A stretch of 64,000 nt of DNA from Chiloscyllium plagiosum. Its lineage: Eukaryota. Positions 38,534-52,495 of the stretch are shown here, piece after piece. The translations under genes were made by a program, and so were the position numbers. How positions within the stretch are numbered: the first letter of the stretch is position 1; every line of letters starts with the position of its first letter. Where the stretch lies: the NCBI RefSeq assembly GCF_004010195.1, contig NC_057726.1, positions 61,731,835-61,795,834 of the forward strand. The letters are read 5' to 3'. The notes beneath the pieces are model-generated. The model was not told the DNA's origin. It did not search any database and saw only the letters and a list, made by a program, of their open reading frames with translations.

Positions 38534-41500
38534 TAGCTGAACGATTTCATAATTCTTCCCCAACAAATGCACTGATTCAGAACTAATGATGGATTTGTAG
38601 TTGACTTTCAGCACTTTTCCATGCAGTTCTTTAGTGGTTTGATATCACTTTAACATTTTTATGTTTGGTGCATTATTAATGCTCTGAATACTCTGAATAA
38701 TAACATATTTTTGCAAGGTACACTTGGTCAATATAAAAGCAGCAGTTAGAGGAATATGAGGAGGCTTTGGAGACCACCCAAATTTGCTCTGCTTTTTAAT
38801 TAGGTGAGGGCTGACCTTTTACATTAGTATCAATTACTTTTCTGATTCCTATTATTCTTTGATTCCCCCAGGGCTCAAAAATCTCTATCTTTGTCTTAAG
38901 TGTACTTAATGACAATGACATCCATATCCCTCTGGGATGGAGAATTCTAGAAATTCCTAATACTCTGGGTCAAAAGAATTCTCATCGCAGTTCATATTCC
39001 TTTATCCTGAGGTAATATTCCAATTTTCAATTCTCATGCAAACAAAACACACTCAGCATCAATCCAGTTGAAACAAATAATGTTTAATCGTTTCACCTGT
39101 GATTTTAAGTGTCCTGTTACCATATCCCTTATAACTGTTTGAAAGTTGGCTAACCTCCCTCTAATTCCCCTATATTCCTTCTTTCTCAGTTTTACAAGTG
39201 AAATTATATTTAGCAGTATGTGATCCCAAGCTGTATGGGATTTTCAAAGATTAAAACCAATACATCTATGATATCTGCATGTAACTTACAATCCAAAGCT
39301 AACACCATAAGCTCCACAGTTCCACTCAGCCTTTATTCCCATTGCATTCTCCAGTACTTTCTCTTTACTAATAATAAATTTGAAGTTCCTCACTCTTATT
39401 ATTTCCCTATTTCTAATTTTAAAATCCCATATTACTATTGGTAATGGAACCATGTTTATGCTTTAGACCTTTTGTTTCACTTATAGAATCATAGAGTCAC
39501 AGAGACTACATCACAGAAACAGACCTCTCAGTCCAACTCGTCCATACCGACCAGTTTTCCCAGTTCCATTTAGTCCGACCTGCCAGCACCCAGCCGATAT
39601 CCCTCCAAACCTTTCCTATACATATATCCATCCAGATGCCTTTTAAATGTTGCAATTTTTATGAGTCTCCACTACTTCCTCTGGCAACTCATTCCACACC
39701 AACTTGCCCACCACCGATGTCTATAGTTCCCTGGCGTGTCCTTACCACCCTTACTTTATATTAAATGCACAACTGTTTACTCATGTCTATGTTTCTCCAC
39801 CTTTATGACTTGCTTGTCATCTTCCGATTTGCGAATTTCAATGCACTTGTTAGTAACAGTGTAAGACTTCTATTTCATCTTTGATTTACCCATACTTTGC
39901 CCATGTATCCAGTGGATAGTTTATTTTTCAAGTGAATTCATCTTTGTTGAAAATAATGGATCACTTTAAATGTTTAACATTGCTCATCAAGTTTCATATC
40001 TTTGTAAGATTATGTCCTAATCTGTCTTGACCAATTTATAATTCTATGATTGCCTTTCCTTATATTTAAATCCACGCTTTGAACTTATTCCCATGAATGT
40101 CAATCTTAAAATAGAATCATATTCTATTATGGTTACAAGATTAAAATATTTGGTGAATTATCTTGCTTGTTCTGATATGTGAGTTTGCACTGCAGAATTT
40201 GTCATTTACAGGTAAACAACCTTAACAAACCTCTGAACCTTATCACTCCATCGGTTGGAGTCATACGTGGTGCAATTAAAGATAGTGGTGGTTTTTGGAG
40301 GCCCGTATTTCCAGCTCTGGGACATTTGAGCAACATTCAAGGTTTAGGCAGATGTGAGAAAGGTTTGTACCATACAAGTGCCAAAAGTGACCATCTCTAT
40401 CAGTAGAGAATCTAACCATCTCCCATTAATATTCAAAGGCTTTGTCATCACGAGTTCCTGCATTATTTTAGGACTAGCAGGGAATTGTTCTTCCTTGATT
40501 AGATTAGTTAACACCATCTATTGATGGAATCCAGAAGAATATCTCAGTATCCCACCTTTCATACATTATTGATTATAAACTAAGACTCAAACACATTTTG
40601 CAATATTTACTAACCAGCTACCTTGTAATTTGTATTGTATCTTGTGATCTTCTGCATTGGTGCAATATAATTTTATGTTTATACTATATCGTCCGTTGTG
40701 AAAGTTAGAGACTCATTCCAGGCATCCACAAACATATATAGAAAAAATCAGTATCGAACAAATGGCCTCAGAGCGCAAATAGTCTGTGATAGGTGCTTGA
40801 TTATTGAAGGACTCTTTATCGATTAAGCAAAAATTATGAAAGTGAGGTCAGGATTTTAATCATGTGGACATGGCGGACATACAATTCACTTTCCAGAACA
40901 AATAAGCGAAGAGGATGTCATAAAATATTCTCTTTGAAAAGAGTCTTTTCAAGTAAGAAAATCAAACCAGAATGAACAGGATTGACCCCTCAATAAGTGA
41001 CAGCTGAATAAACCAGTTAGAAGATAGGAAAGATACAATCAGTCAATGACCATTCCCCTCAAGGGTCAATCACAGATTGACCCCCACATTTCTTGGGAAA
41101 ATTAACATTGAGTCTGACTGATAATGTAGTGAGTTGCGGCAAGGAAAGTGTGAATAAACAGCAGTACTGAAGGATGATTAAAAATGCAAAGCAAAATTGA
41201 AACTGAGGTTAGTACAGCCTTAAATAGAAGTAGCAGGAAAAGACTCAGTAGGTCTGGCAGCATCGGTGGAGAGAAATCAGAGTTACCATTTCGGGTGCAC
41301 TGACTATTCTTCAGAATTTAGTAGGGCCTGCTGTTCTATCAGAAAGTAAGACTGCATAAATTCTATGTTAAACAGTAAATCTTTGCAGGTTATAATTACA
41401 TCCTATTTATATTCCCAAGAATTAATTTGTTCTCAGCAAAGGTACGAGCAAAAATGAAACTTTGACAGCATTTTGCTTGGTAATTTGCTGCAGATGTGAA

Positions 41501-42875
41501 TACTACAGTCTGATAGACATTCTCAATGATACCACTGCTGGATTTTGGATTTGGCACCAGATTCAGAGTAATATTGAGAAAGAGGATAGCCATGCGACAT
41601 AAATTACTATATATTTGTGATGTGAAGGTGCTGATGTTGGGCTGGAGTGGACTAAGTTAAAAATCAGACAACACCAGGCTGTAGTCTACCTACCCATGTA
41701 ACACCAGCTAGTTACCTGACAAGGGAGCAGCACTCCGAAAGCTCGTACTTCCAACTAAACCTGTTGGATTATAATCTGATGTTATGTGATTTTTAGCTAT
41801 ACCTTTATGGGCAGCTTCTTATGAGGTCAGTAGTGAGTGCTGTTGCTTCACTAGATTATTTGGAGGTAGTGGAGGGCAGACGTTTGCATTTCATGACTCT
41901 AATGTGAGATGGACAAGAAATTACAGCACATTTTATCAATAGGAACTAAGTAGCCTGCATTTATGACTCAGAATTTCAGCCTTACAATCGTGCAACTGAA
42001 TTCATTGTCTTTTACAGATCACTATCAGTCTCAGCAGATTGTCAATCTCGAACTCCTTCATAGAACACATTAGTTTGCTTTGAGGTTTCCCCTGTGTCTC
42101 ACCATCAGGTACAGATCTAACAATATTTAGGATAATCTAAGTAATGACCATTTGTGATCATACTGTGCATAATAATATGAAGATTATTTAGTTCTTGTTT
42201 TCTGTTACATTGACAGGATGGTTCTGCAAAGTGTTTTGGTTTTGTTATGCTTCTTGAGTGCCTGTAACGTTATGAAAGTGGTTTCCCAATGTGAATCCCT
42301 TTTTGAGAAGAATAGGGAAAGAAGAATGCTAGGGAATTCATGAAGCAGTCAGTGCATAGGAAGAGGCACATTCTTTGCATGTAGTGAGTGTGTAGAACGG
42401 ACGACATAAATTCTGTGTCCATAGACATCCAGAATATAGTTGCATCAGTTGTTGCACCAGTTAAATGTGACGGACTGCCTGTGGTTAACTATCCCCTTGG
42501 ATGCTTTTATTCGTTCAAGACATGTTGCAATTCTCACCTGGAGAAGTGTGCCCTTCTCACTATTAGCCCCTTTTTGTCCGACTTGTACCTCACTGCCCAT
42601 TAAGTACGGGTTAGTGTCCAAAACCTGGCTCAGTGGAACCTTCATTTCCAGAGTGAAGAAGTTCAAGAATTTGTTTGAACTCTGCTCTTATGAATAGAGC
42701 TAGATAAACATTGCAGCACTGAAAGGCCTATTCAACTCATAGTGTCTGTACCAGCTGAATAAACTGACCATCCATTCTAATTGCTTCCTCCAGCGCACGG
42801 TCCATAGCCTTTCAGCTTAGAACGCTTCATGTATAGATTGAATTTCCTTGTGAATGAGCTAAGATTTTTCATCTC

Positions 42876-43025
42876 TTCGATGCATTTGAGCTCTTCGATT
42901 TCCTGAAGAAGGGCTTATGCCCGAAACGTCGGATTTCCTGAAGAAGGGCTTATGACCGAAACGTCGATTCTCCTTCTCCTTTGATGTTGCCTGACCTTCT
43001 GCGCTTTTCCAGCAACACATTTTTA
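42876..43025 (+). mobile_element. Penelope-derived pLTR fragment with two tandem hammerhead motifs
   Basis: 35-bp unit gatttcctgaagaagggcttatg(c/a)ccgaaacgtcg repeated at 42897 and 42932. Approximately 19-bp TSD agctaagatttt(t/c)ca(t/c)ctc at 42857-42875 and 43026-43044. Confidence 0.8.
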
Positions 43026-43049
43026 AGCTAAGATTTTCCACCTCAATTA

Positions 43050-44330
43050 CTGGAAACGAACAGCAAATCCCGACACTTGTTGTCAAAATATTTTTCCTAA
43101 TGTGCACTCTCATTCTACTAACAATTACTTTAGATCTGTGCTCTCTGCTTGGGGAAACAGATCTTTTTTTTGTCAATGTTATCCAAACGCCTCACGATTT
43201 TGTACAGCTCATTTCAATTAGCTCTCAGCTTCCTCTGTTTTAAGGGAAGTAACGTTTGCTAATCTAATCTTATAAATGCAAATCCTGGCAACATTTTTGT
43301 CAATTTCCACTGTGCTGTAAACAGAACAATTATGCTCTTCCTGCAAAATCTGTCCAAAATTTCCAGCTGTGGCTTGACCAGTGTCTTAAATAGTTCCAGC
43401 ATTATATCCCTGCTTTTGTATTCAGTACCTGCTGCAATAAAGGAAAGCATTCCTTGTATTTTCTTTACCACCTTATCTACCTGTCCTGCCACTTCTGGGA
43501 ATCTGTTGACATACACTCTAAGATCTTTCATTTCCTCTGCCCTTTCGATGCCATCCCATTTATTTGCTTGCTTTGTCCTCACCAAATACATTAACTCATA
43601 GTTCTTCAGATTGAATTCTATTTGCCATGTTTCCAACCACTCGACCAAACTGTTGATATCACCCTGTAGAGGACAGTAATCCTCTTCACTGCCTGACTAT
43701 TTTGTTATGTTGAGCGCAATTTTCTCATTTGTGCTTCCCATCTTTAAATCCACCATTAACATATGCCACAAACAACAACACGGATCTCTATGGAACACAC
43801 TTGGAAATCCCTTGCCATTCCTAATACATATGTTGATCGTTGGTTTCTACCACTAAGTCAATTTTGGATCTAATTCAACACATTCCCGATATCCCATGGA
43901 ATTGGAATTTTCTGAACAGTCTGCCATTTAGGACCTTGTCAAATACCATACTAAGTTTCATATTGACGACATTCGCTGCACTACCCTCATCCTTCCTCCT
44001 TATGTCTTCAAAACATTCAATTAAATTGATAAGGTTTAACATTTCCTAACATAACCATGCTGACTACTTCTGAAGAATATGTGCATTTCCAAGTAATAGT
44101 TGGTTCTATCACACATGTGCACTCTAGTAATTTGCTCGTCTTCAGGTCAGACTAACTGATCTATAATTATTTGGTTTTCCCTGAATAATAATAGAATTAT
44201 ATTCACAGACTTCTAAACATCTGGTATCTTCTCTGTATCTAGTGAGGTTTAGTAGATGAATTTCCAAATATCTGGTATTTCTTCCCTGTTTCTTTTAACA
44301 GCCAAGATTACTTTTCATCCTGGTAATTTG
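43050..44330 (-). mobile_element. Degenerate CR1 ORF2 remnant
   Basis: ORF 43259-43648 contains WLETWQIEFN..QVDKVVKK..EYKSRDIMLELFKTLVKPQLE. Confidence 0.75.
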
Positions 44331-45314
44331 ATGACTGTAGGGTTTCTGGTTTGCAATCAATAACTTCCTGATTTTATGTGGTTCGAATCACCCTCAGAGC
44401 CCTGTTTCTGACATTCGACTTATTTAGGGAATGTGAAATAAAGAGGGCAGGTGTTTCATGGCAAAAGAATCTTTGTTTATTTAGCTCCAAAGAGGTAAGT
44501 ATAGTACATGAAATAAGAAATCAAATACGATAAAACAGTGAACTTGACTCAATTATACGGAGGACAGTAATTAGATACACTATCAAATTAAACAGAGGTC
44601 AAAATGCTCTTCAGTTTTAATCACATACACTTTCTCCAGGTTTCCTACCCTTCGGATCCCTTCACTGTCACCACCTGCCTTCCCCTCCCTGCTGGCTAGG
44701 TTAGAAACTTTGTGGTCTTGGGAGTTTCATCTCACTAATAGGGAAAACACAGTTTTAAATTACGTCCAGTTGCTAAGGTTCTTGCCATTGCTTCTCTTGG
44801 CTTGGAACAGGCCTGTATCTGGCAATGCCATTTAAACAATCGAAAGGAGAAATGAAATTTCTGTGAAAATAAAACCAGGTTTTGTCGACTTTCAGCTTGT
44901 TACAGGTGCTGGCTTGCTGAATGACATTATTTGACCTGAATTAGTAGATGAAACGCATTCTGGAATCCATCATCAGCGGATTTGCATGAACGTTTGGTCC
45001 TCAGCTGGAAAGGCTGGGCTGGAACTTATTGCCATTGTGAAATTCACAAGTCTCTTAGTGTTTTAACAATCTGTCCAGTGACTATCTATTCTGACAGAAA
45101 ATAGTTTGTCATAAGTAGTTTATACCATGCAAATTTTTCATCTTCTTGAACACCGCTAACCTACTCCATGAAGGGGACTAATACCACTTGCTCCACACCA
45201 CTGAAGTTCCTCAGCCTTAATAATATGACAGTAAGTGTCTTGGCAAACCGCAGGGTTGGACATAACACTCCAGGCTGAAGGTAGTTCATGCTTAGTATAA
45301 CTTACTCGCCTTAT

Positions 45315-46891
45315 AGATGTAGGTTTGCTCGCTGAGCTGCAAGGTTCAGTTTTAGACGTTTCATCACCATACTGGGTAACATCTTCAGTGAAGCTCTGGA
45401 CGAAATAATGCTGTTTTTTTTCTGCTTTCTCTTAAATGTTTGGGTTTCTTGGAGCTGTTAATGTAATTTCCTGTGGTGATGTCATTTCCTATGGTGATGT
45501 CATTTCCTGTTCTTTTTGTCAGGGGATGGTAAATGGAATCCAAGTCAATGTGTTTGTTCGTCGAGTTCTAGTTGGAATGTCATGCTTCTAGGAATTCTCG
45601 TGCATGTCTCTGTTTGACTTGTCCGAGGATGGATGTGTTTTCCCAACCGAAGTGGTGTCCTTCCTTATCTCTATATGAGGATACTCGTGAGAGAGGGTCA
45701 GGTCGTTTTGTGGCTAATTGATGTTCATGTATTCTGATAGCAAGTTTTCTGTCTTTTTGTCCAACGTAGTGCTTGTTACAGGTCTTGCACGGTATTTTGT
45801 AAATGACATCAGTTTTGCATGTTGTCTGTATAGGGTATTTCAAGTTCATTAGTTGCTTTTTTAGTGTGTTGGTGGATTTGTGGGCTACCATGATGCCAAG
45901 GGGTCTGAGTAGTCTGGCTGTCATTTCTGAGATGTCTTTGATGTAGGGGAGAGTGGCTAGGGTTTCTGGACGGGTTTTTTCTGCTTGTTTTGGTTTGTTG
46001 CTGAGAAACAGGTTGACTAATGTCATTGATTACCCATTCTTTTTGAATATACTCTTTCGAGGATTTTTCTCTCCTTTGTGTAGTTCCTCTGTGCTGCAGT
46101 GTGTGGTGGCTCGTTAAAATAATGTTCTGATGCAGCTTCATTGTGGATGTTGGGATGATTACTTCTGTAGTTCAATATTTGGTCCATGTGTGTTGTCTTC
46201 CTGTAGACACTGGTTTGAAGTTCCCCATTGGCTGTTAACTCTACTGTGACATCTAGCAAGGGCAGTTTGTTTTTGTTTTCCTCCTCTTTCATGAATTTTG
46301 TGCCAGTAAGGGTATTACTGATGGTTTGAAGGTTTCCTCTAATCTGTTTTATTTAGTGATGACAAAGGTGTCATCCACGTAGCGGACGCATAGATTAGAT
46401 TGGATGGTTAGCAGAGCTGTTTGTTTGAGTCTCTGTTTTACTGTGTCTGTTAAGAATCCTTATATCAGCGATTCCATGTGTATTGCATTGGTTTGTACAA
46501 AGGTTTTGTTGTTGAAGGTGAAGTGGGTGGCACCACTTCGACTGGGACAACAGATACATCCTAGGACAAGCCAAAGAGCCACACACATGAGATTTCTAGA
46601 AGCATGGCATTCCAACTGGAACCTATCAACAAACACATTGACTTGGACGCCATTTACCACTGCCAGAGAAAAATCACCATAGGATATGATGTCACAACGG
46701 GAAATGGCATCACCAACCCAAGGAAACCCAAAAATACAGGAAAGCAGGAAACACCAGCAGTGCTTCGTCCGAGTCTCTCTGAGGATGTTACCCAGTACGG
46801 TGATGAAACGTCCAAAAATGAACCTTCCAGCTCAGTGAGGAAACCTACATCCCGAACGTCAACGTGAGCTACAAATATTCTCAAAACTTGT
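45315..46891 (-). mobile_element. Penelope/Poseidon element (RT and GIY-YIG on -, inverted second 3' end on +)
   Basis: RT motif RYVDDTF (about 46365-46385), LPLLDV..VYRKTTHMDQIL, and GIY-YIG DVIYKIPCKTCNKHYVGQ. Inverted arm at about 46530-46891. 13-bp TSD ttact(c/t)gccttat at 45302-45314 and 46892-46904. Confidence 0.9.
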
Positions 46892-47476
46892 TTACTTGCC
46901 TTATGTTTTATGGCCCACTTGTTCTCCCACCTTGAAGATATTGTGAACACACCACAGACTTTCAATTAAATAACTCTTCTCTTTGCAATCACTAAACTTT
47001 AAATCATTTCTTCTGCTTGCTCTGTAAAAACAACATTTTGGACATTAGAGGCAAGGCAGGATTGTTGTCCGTCCCTAATTATGCTTTACAGAATGCTCAT
47101 TGTTCATATTTATATGGTGTAGGAAAGCCAGCAGCTCTTGCGATTTTCTAGTCAATGTGTTTAGAGATGTTATGATACACTGCTGGAGCCTGTGTTTCGA
47201 CTACGTCTGTTGGCTCAGACACAAACAATGCACCCCAAGAACCCATGAAGTGGCAGGTGTTGGTCGAAAATGCATGATGACTTTACATTTTAACGAACTC
47301 GGTACAGAGTTCTGGAAATCGTACTGATAATTAGTCCATTATAAACACCAATCATAGCTGTGAGATGTTTAATATTGCAATAGATAAAATTCCTCTGACT
47401 TTTGACTTGATCTTATGCTGTGATATTCAGTTGACAATTTGATTGTTGAAGAATGATTGGCCAGCTCAATTGCTTC

Positions 47477-47714
47477 AGGAGAAAGTGAGGATTGCAGATA
47501 CTGGAGATCAGAGCTGAAAATGTGTTGCTGGAAAAGCGCAGCAGATTAGGCAGCATCCAAGGAGAATCGACGTTTCGGGCATGAGCCATTCTTCAGGAAT
47601 CTCATACCCGAAACGTCGATTCTCCACTCCTGAAGAAGGACTTATGCCCGAAACGTCGTTCTCCTGCATCCTTGGATGCTGCCTGCCTGCTGTGCTTTTC
47701 CAGCAACACATTTT
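47477..47714. mobile_element. Palindromic Penelope-derived pLTR pair
   Basis: Inverted arms each carry a cctgaagaa..gcccgaaacgtcg motif. 15-bp TSD cagctcaattg(c/t)ttc at 47462-47476 and 47715-47729. Confidence 0.8.
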
Positions 47715-50700
47715 CAGCTCAATTGTTTCCCCTCATTTAATCTAATTAATTGACGAGTTTTTCACATCTAAGCATGGCACTGTTATCCCTGTGTAGACTT
47801 ACAATAAACATCTTCTGAAAAAGTTAAAGAGAGATACCACTGGAGCAGAGATAAATGTTCACACACAGGCGCAATTCAGTGTGGCAATTTTTTGTTGTGC
47901 TTCCTGCGTCTGCATTACAATGTACTATACATTATTGCTTTCCAGTGGCTTCTGATTCTGCAGGGTTTTTTTCCCCGAAGCTATACAATGTTTTCTAATG
48001 GAAGAACCGTCGACTGAAGCATTTTAAATACCATCATCGTTTTATCGTTATCACCGTGTGAATGATCAGATCAACGATGAGCTCATTGAATCGTGGATTG
48101 GACTTGATCGTCTGAATGGCGTGGTCTTATACTCTCAATAGGATGGATATGCCATAACAAAAGCGGATAGCCTGCTCATTTCACGGTGTGGGCTCTCCAT
48201 CTACACAACTAGCTGCTCACAGCTTCTGTTTTTATCTCTACCCTGAGATAATTATAAAATTTCCACTGGAATGCCGCATATGCATCTTCCTCCAACACAC
48301 TCTCAGGCAGTGTACTCCAAATCCTAACCAAGAATATAATTTCACGTTTTGGATATATCACTCTAATGTTTCTGTCTCGAAAATTAATTTGTAATGCCCA
48401 TGATCTTTTATGCCTATCAACCAATGACATCTTTAATGATTTTGCGTCTGTTTGCACCCCATTTAGACTTCTGTACTTCCTTTAATATTTTAATTTCTTC
48501 CTTTTGAAATCAAAACATATTGCTTGCCATTCATCTACATAAGAGGAGACAGTGGCGATTGATATTATCACTGAATTCTTTACCTTGAGAACTGGATCAA
48601 TACTTTCGGACAGTAGCAGTCATGAGTGATGGCGTATTCAATTTAAATTCAATCTGGAATTAAAAGCTAGTCAAATGGAGCGATTTCCAGTTGTTGTGAA
48701 TACGCACGTGCTTCACTATTCCATTTTGGAAAGGAATATCTCCCACCCTGGCCTGGCTTCCAATAATATGGTTGATTCTTAAATACCTTTGCTTGGTTTT
48801 TGAACTGGTCTTGCTAGTCACTTTTTTATCTCGCCACTGTAAACTCCGACAAAAGGAAAGAAATAGATGAACCAACGCACATCAACCTAGTTACCAAAAC
48901 AACAAGACAATGACAACCTCAGCACTGTACATCCACTACAAAGCCCTCCTTACATAGTTTCTTGAACAAAAATTGGGAGATGTTACCCACTGATTAGTCA
49001 AGCAACACACTGAAATACGGATTCACTTAGAATCCTATTTTATGGGTTCCAGACAGCACATTACTCCATTTCTGTACCTGGCTTACCTGAGCAGAGATGG
49101 TGCTACAGTGATATACATTTGGGAGGGAATCCTCAACATTGATACTGCACACCATGAAGATTCAAATTTTCAGGTCACACGTATGCAAGGAAACTTTGTG
49201 ATGGTTTTGAACTTCCACCTGCCACTCCTGTCGTCAGAAAAATCAGTTGTTCTCTGTGTTACGTGCTTTTAAGTGCGTGCACTGGGACATAGCCTACACT
49301 CTGGGTAAGGGATTTCGATTTCTATCATCAAGAGTGGTCTTACCAGGCCACATGGCTGCCTTGTCATTACAGATGGATGACTGGTGGTCGTTTAATCTGA
49401 CAATCCACGCACCTCAGGCGAAGAGGTATTTTGTGAAGGCCAATCTTCCATGGTAACCTCAGTTGATGTAGGAATTGAACGCCCATGTTGTTACCATGAC
49501 TGTATCGCAAACTAAGCAACGTTCGTTGGTTTGATATTGTAAATGAGAAAGGTGTCCTGATCGCTTGGTTGGAAGAATCTATCAAACGTATGGCCATGAC
49601 CTGAGAAATTAGATAAAGAATATAGCATCCCAAACGTCTGGCAAATGGGAGATTCCTTGCTCACTACTAATTGAGCAGTTTCCATCTCAAAACAATCTCA
49701 AAGCACTGATTTCTAATAAATTGTCAACAACAACTTTCGAGTCTCGTCTCGGTCTGAAAATAATGATTTAGGTCAGAAGCGTGGACATTTATCTCCGACC
49801 TCACCTAATGTATTCAACTGTATGCAGGACATTGAGAGTGTGAACATATTTAGGATTGGGAGCTCCAATTCCACCACGATCTCAAGCAGAAATCACTGGA
49901 ACAGCAATTAGGATTAATAATCCTGCTCATTTCCCTTTTCCCGATCCAGGGCTGTCCTTGATATACTATTTTTAATCATATATGTTGTGAAGTACCGGAC
50001 CCCTACTCACAGTTACAGCTGTTAATTCAGCAGCCTAAAAAACAGCAAATATTACTCACCACGCTGTTTGTTGACATTTCCAGATGGAAGCGCGAAGAGA
50101 AGGGGAATAAAGGAATCGATATTTTGCTAATATAAATTAAAAGAAAAAAGTAGTAATAGCCGAGGAAACAAAGACAATACTAGCTAGAGAAACCCAAGGT
50201 CTGGCAACACCTGTGGGAAATAAGTAGATCTAATGTTTTGATTCCAGGGACTCTTCATCAGAACTCCAACAAATAGAATTGGGAGTTTTGTTATTTACAA
50301 AATTCAGCTTCGTGTGCTTTCCAAATCCTCTCTGAGTTCTGCTGGTTTTGTTCCAAACCTGAAAGTGCGTGTCATTCAGGGTTTGGTTCGTTATCGCCGT
50401 CCATTTGAACTAATCACATTTTGAACAATGGTAACAAAAGGGCAGGGCTGGTTTGTACCCTCGTTCTTTTCAGTAGCCTCTAGGTCTTTTGCCAATCGGC
50501 TTCCGAATTTTTTATTTGTTTTCCTACCCTTCTGTAGCTGGGAATAGTTTTCTTAAACTTGCCTTTTAAATCTGTTGTGAACTCTGAACTCCAGCATCGA
50601 TTTGCCTCATCATCAATTGTAACGAGAAAAGTTTTATCTTCTTCAGTCTCTCAACATAGCTGAATCCTGCAACCTCGTTTTCATTCCAGTAAACATCTTC

Positions 50701-51239
50701 TACGATATTTCCATGTTCGTGAAACTCTCCCGAAACAGTGGTGGCAGATTTCACCATAACACTCCAGCTGAGACCTAAGTAGTCGAAACAAAGGTTTAGT
50801 GCAATTTCCTTGCTTTATCCACCATTTCTCCATTAATAATCTGGAGAATATGCGATGTCTTTAGCCTTTTCCTTTATCCCTCCACCCTAAAAAAGTGTAT
50901 ATATTTCATTGAAATCTTCTATCTTTTTGCAGTAGCAAAATTCGAGTAATTCCATTATTTCAAATTTTCTTCATAGTTTCATCTTTCGGAGGGTTAGTTC
51001 AGATTGCAGTTCTTTCAGAAGCATAATTGCAGAAACCCCGATATCTGAACTAATTAACGACACTGCTGCAAGTGCAATAATTAAACTGTGCCTAGGGCCA
51101 TTCTTGGATAACAACATGAATATGTGTTCTTGCTTTTGCGAGGTGTATGATGATGCAATGAAATTGAGACTATTCTATTCTGAAGAAACGACTTTGCAGT
51201 GACAATTTGATCATGAAGAATGATTGTGTATCTCAAATA

Positions 51240-51540
51240 GCCCCGCCCCATTCCTCAAAGTACCCCAGCTAATAGCCAGCAATGCGTCCTATACACCAAT
51301 TAGTTATCGTCACTCGGGCTTTTTATCAAATAAAATCGAAAGAGCCGCATGATATTTATTCCTGGAGCAGAGCCAAAATGGCGGGCTGTGATGCTGTTTG
51401 ACGGTATCTGCTACAGCTGCTGCAAAACGTATGGTGCTCGGGCTTAACACGGAAGATATCTGCTTCAGAAAGTGGAAGGGCGCTCGCCAAGCTGTTTCAG
51501 CGCACACACAACAGTGGCGTTCATTCAACAATTTGTAAGG
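51240..51540 (+). promoter_or_regulatory. Promoter-like motif cluster (GC box, CCAAT, YY1)
   Basis: CCCCGCCC at 51242, CCAAT at 51296, CAAAATGGCGG at 51374-51384, locally CpG-enriched, possible donor |gtaagg at 51535. No downstream coding exons were recognised. Confidence 0.35.
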
Positions 51541-51624
51541 TGGCCTGCTTAAATGCCTGTTTACAAAAAAAAAGACGAGTGAAATTAAATCTCGGCAATT
51601 AACATTCCATCAGCTTTCTTTTTA

Positions 51625-52495
51625 TTAGATTAGATTACTTAGATTAAATTACTTACAGTGTGGAAACAGGCCCTTCGGCCCAACAAGTCCACACCGACCC
51701 GCCGAAGCGTATAGCACCCAGACCCATACTCCTACATTTACCTCTTCACCTAACACTACGGACAATTTAGCATGGTCAATTCACCTAACCTGCACATTTT
51801 TGGATTGTGGGAGGAAACCGGAGCACCCGGAGGAAACCCACGCAGACACGGGGAGAATGTGCAAACTCCNNNNNNNNNNNNNNNNNNNNNNNNNNNNNNN
51901 NNNNNNNNNNNNNNNNNNNNNNNNNNNNNNNNNNNNNNNNNNNNNNNNNNNNNNNNNNNNNNNNNNNNNNNNNNNNNNNNNNNNNNNNNNNNNNNNNNNN
52001 NNNNNNNNNNNNNNNNNNNNNNNNNNNNNNNNNNNNNNNNNNNNNNNNNNNNNNNNNNNNNNNNNNNNNNNNNNNNNNNNNNNNNNNNNNNNNNNNNNNN
52101 NNNNNNNNNNNNNNNNNNNNNNNNNNNNNNNNNNNNNNNNNNNNNNNNNNNNNNNNNNNNNNNNNNNNNNNNNNNNNNNNNNNNNNNNNNNNNNNNNNNN
52201 NNNNNNNNNNNNNNNNNNNNNNNNNNNNNNNNNNNNNNNNNNNNNNNNNNNNNNNNNNNNNNNNNNNNNNNNNNNNNNNNNNNNNNNNNNNNNNNNNNNN
52301 NNNNNNNNNGTTTCCTCCCACAGTCCAAAGATGTGCAGGTCAGGTGAATTGGCCATGCTAAATTGCCCATAGTGTTAGGTAAGGAGTAAATGTAGGGGTA
52401 TGGGTGGGTTGCGCTTCGGCGGGTCGGTGTGGACTTGTTTGGCCGAAGGGCCTGTTTCCACACTGTAATGTAATGTAATCTAATCTAATCTAATC
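51625..52495. mobile_element. Two HE1 SINE halves in inverted orientation around an N gap
   Basis: 51625-51869 (-) and 52310-52495 (+), each ending in (tctaa)n-type tails pointing outward. Confidence 0.85.

Noticed and set aside
51756-52463. Long ORFs containing X runs (also 38019-38550)
   Set aside because: Artefacts of translating through N gaps flanked by repeats.
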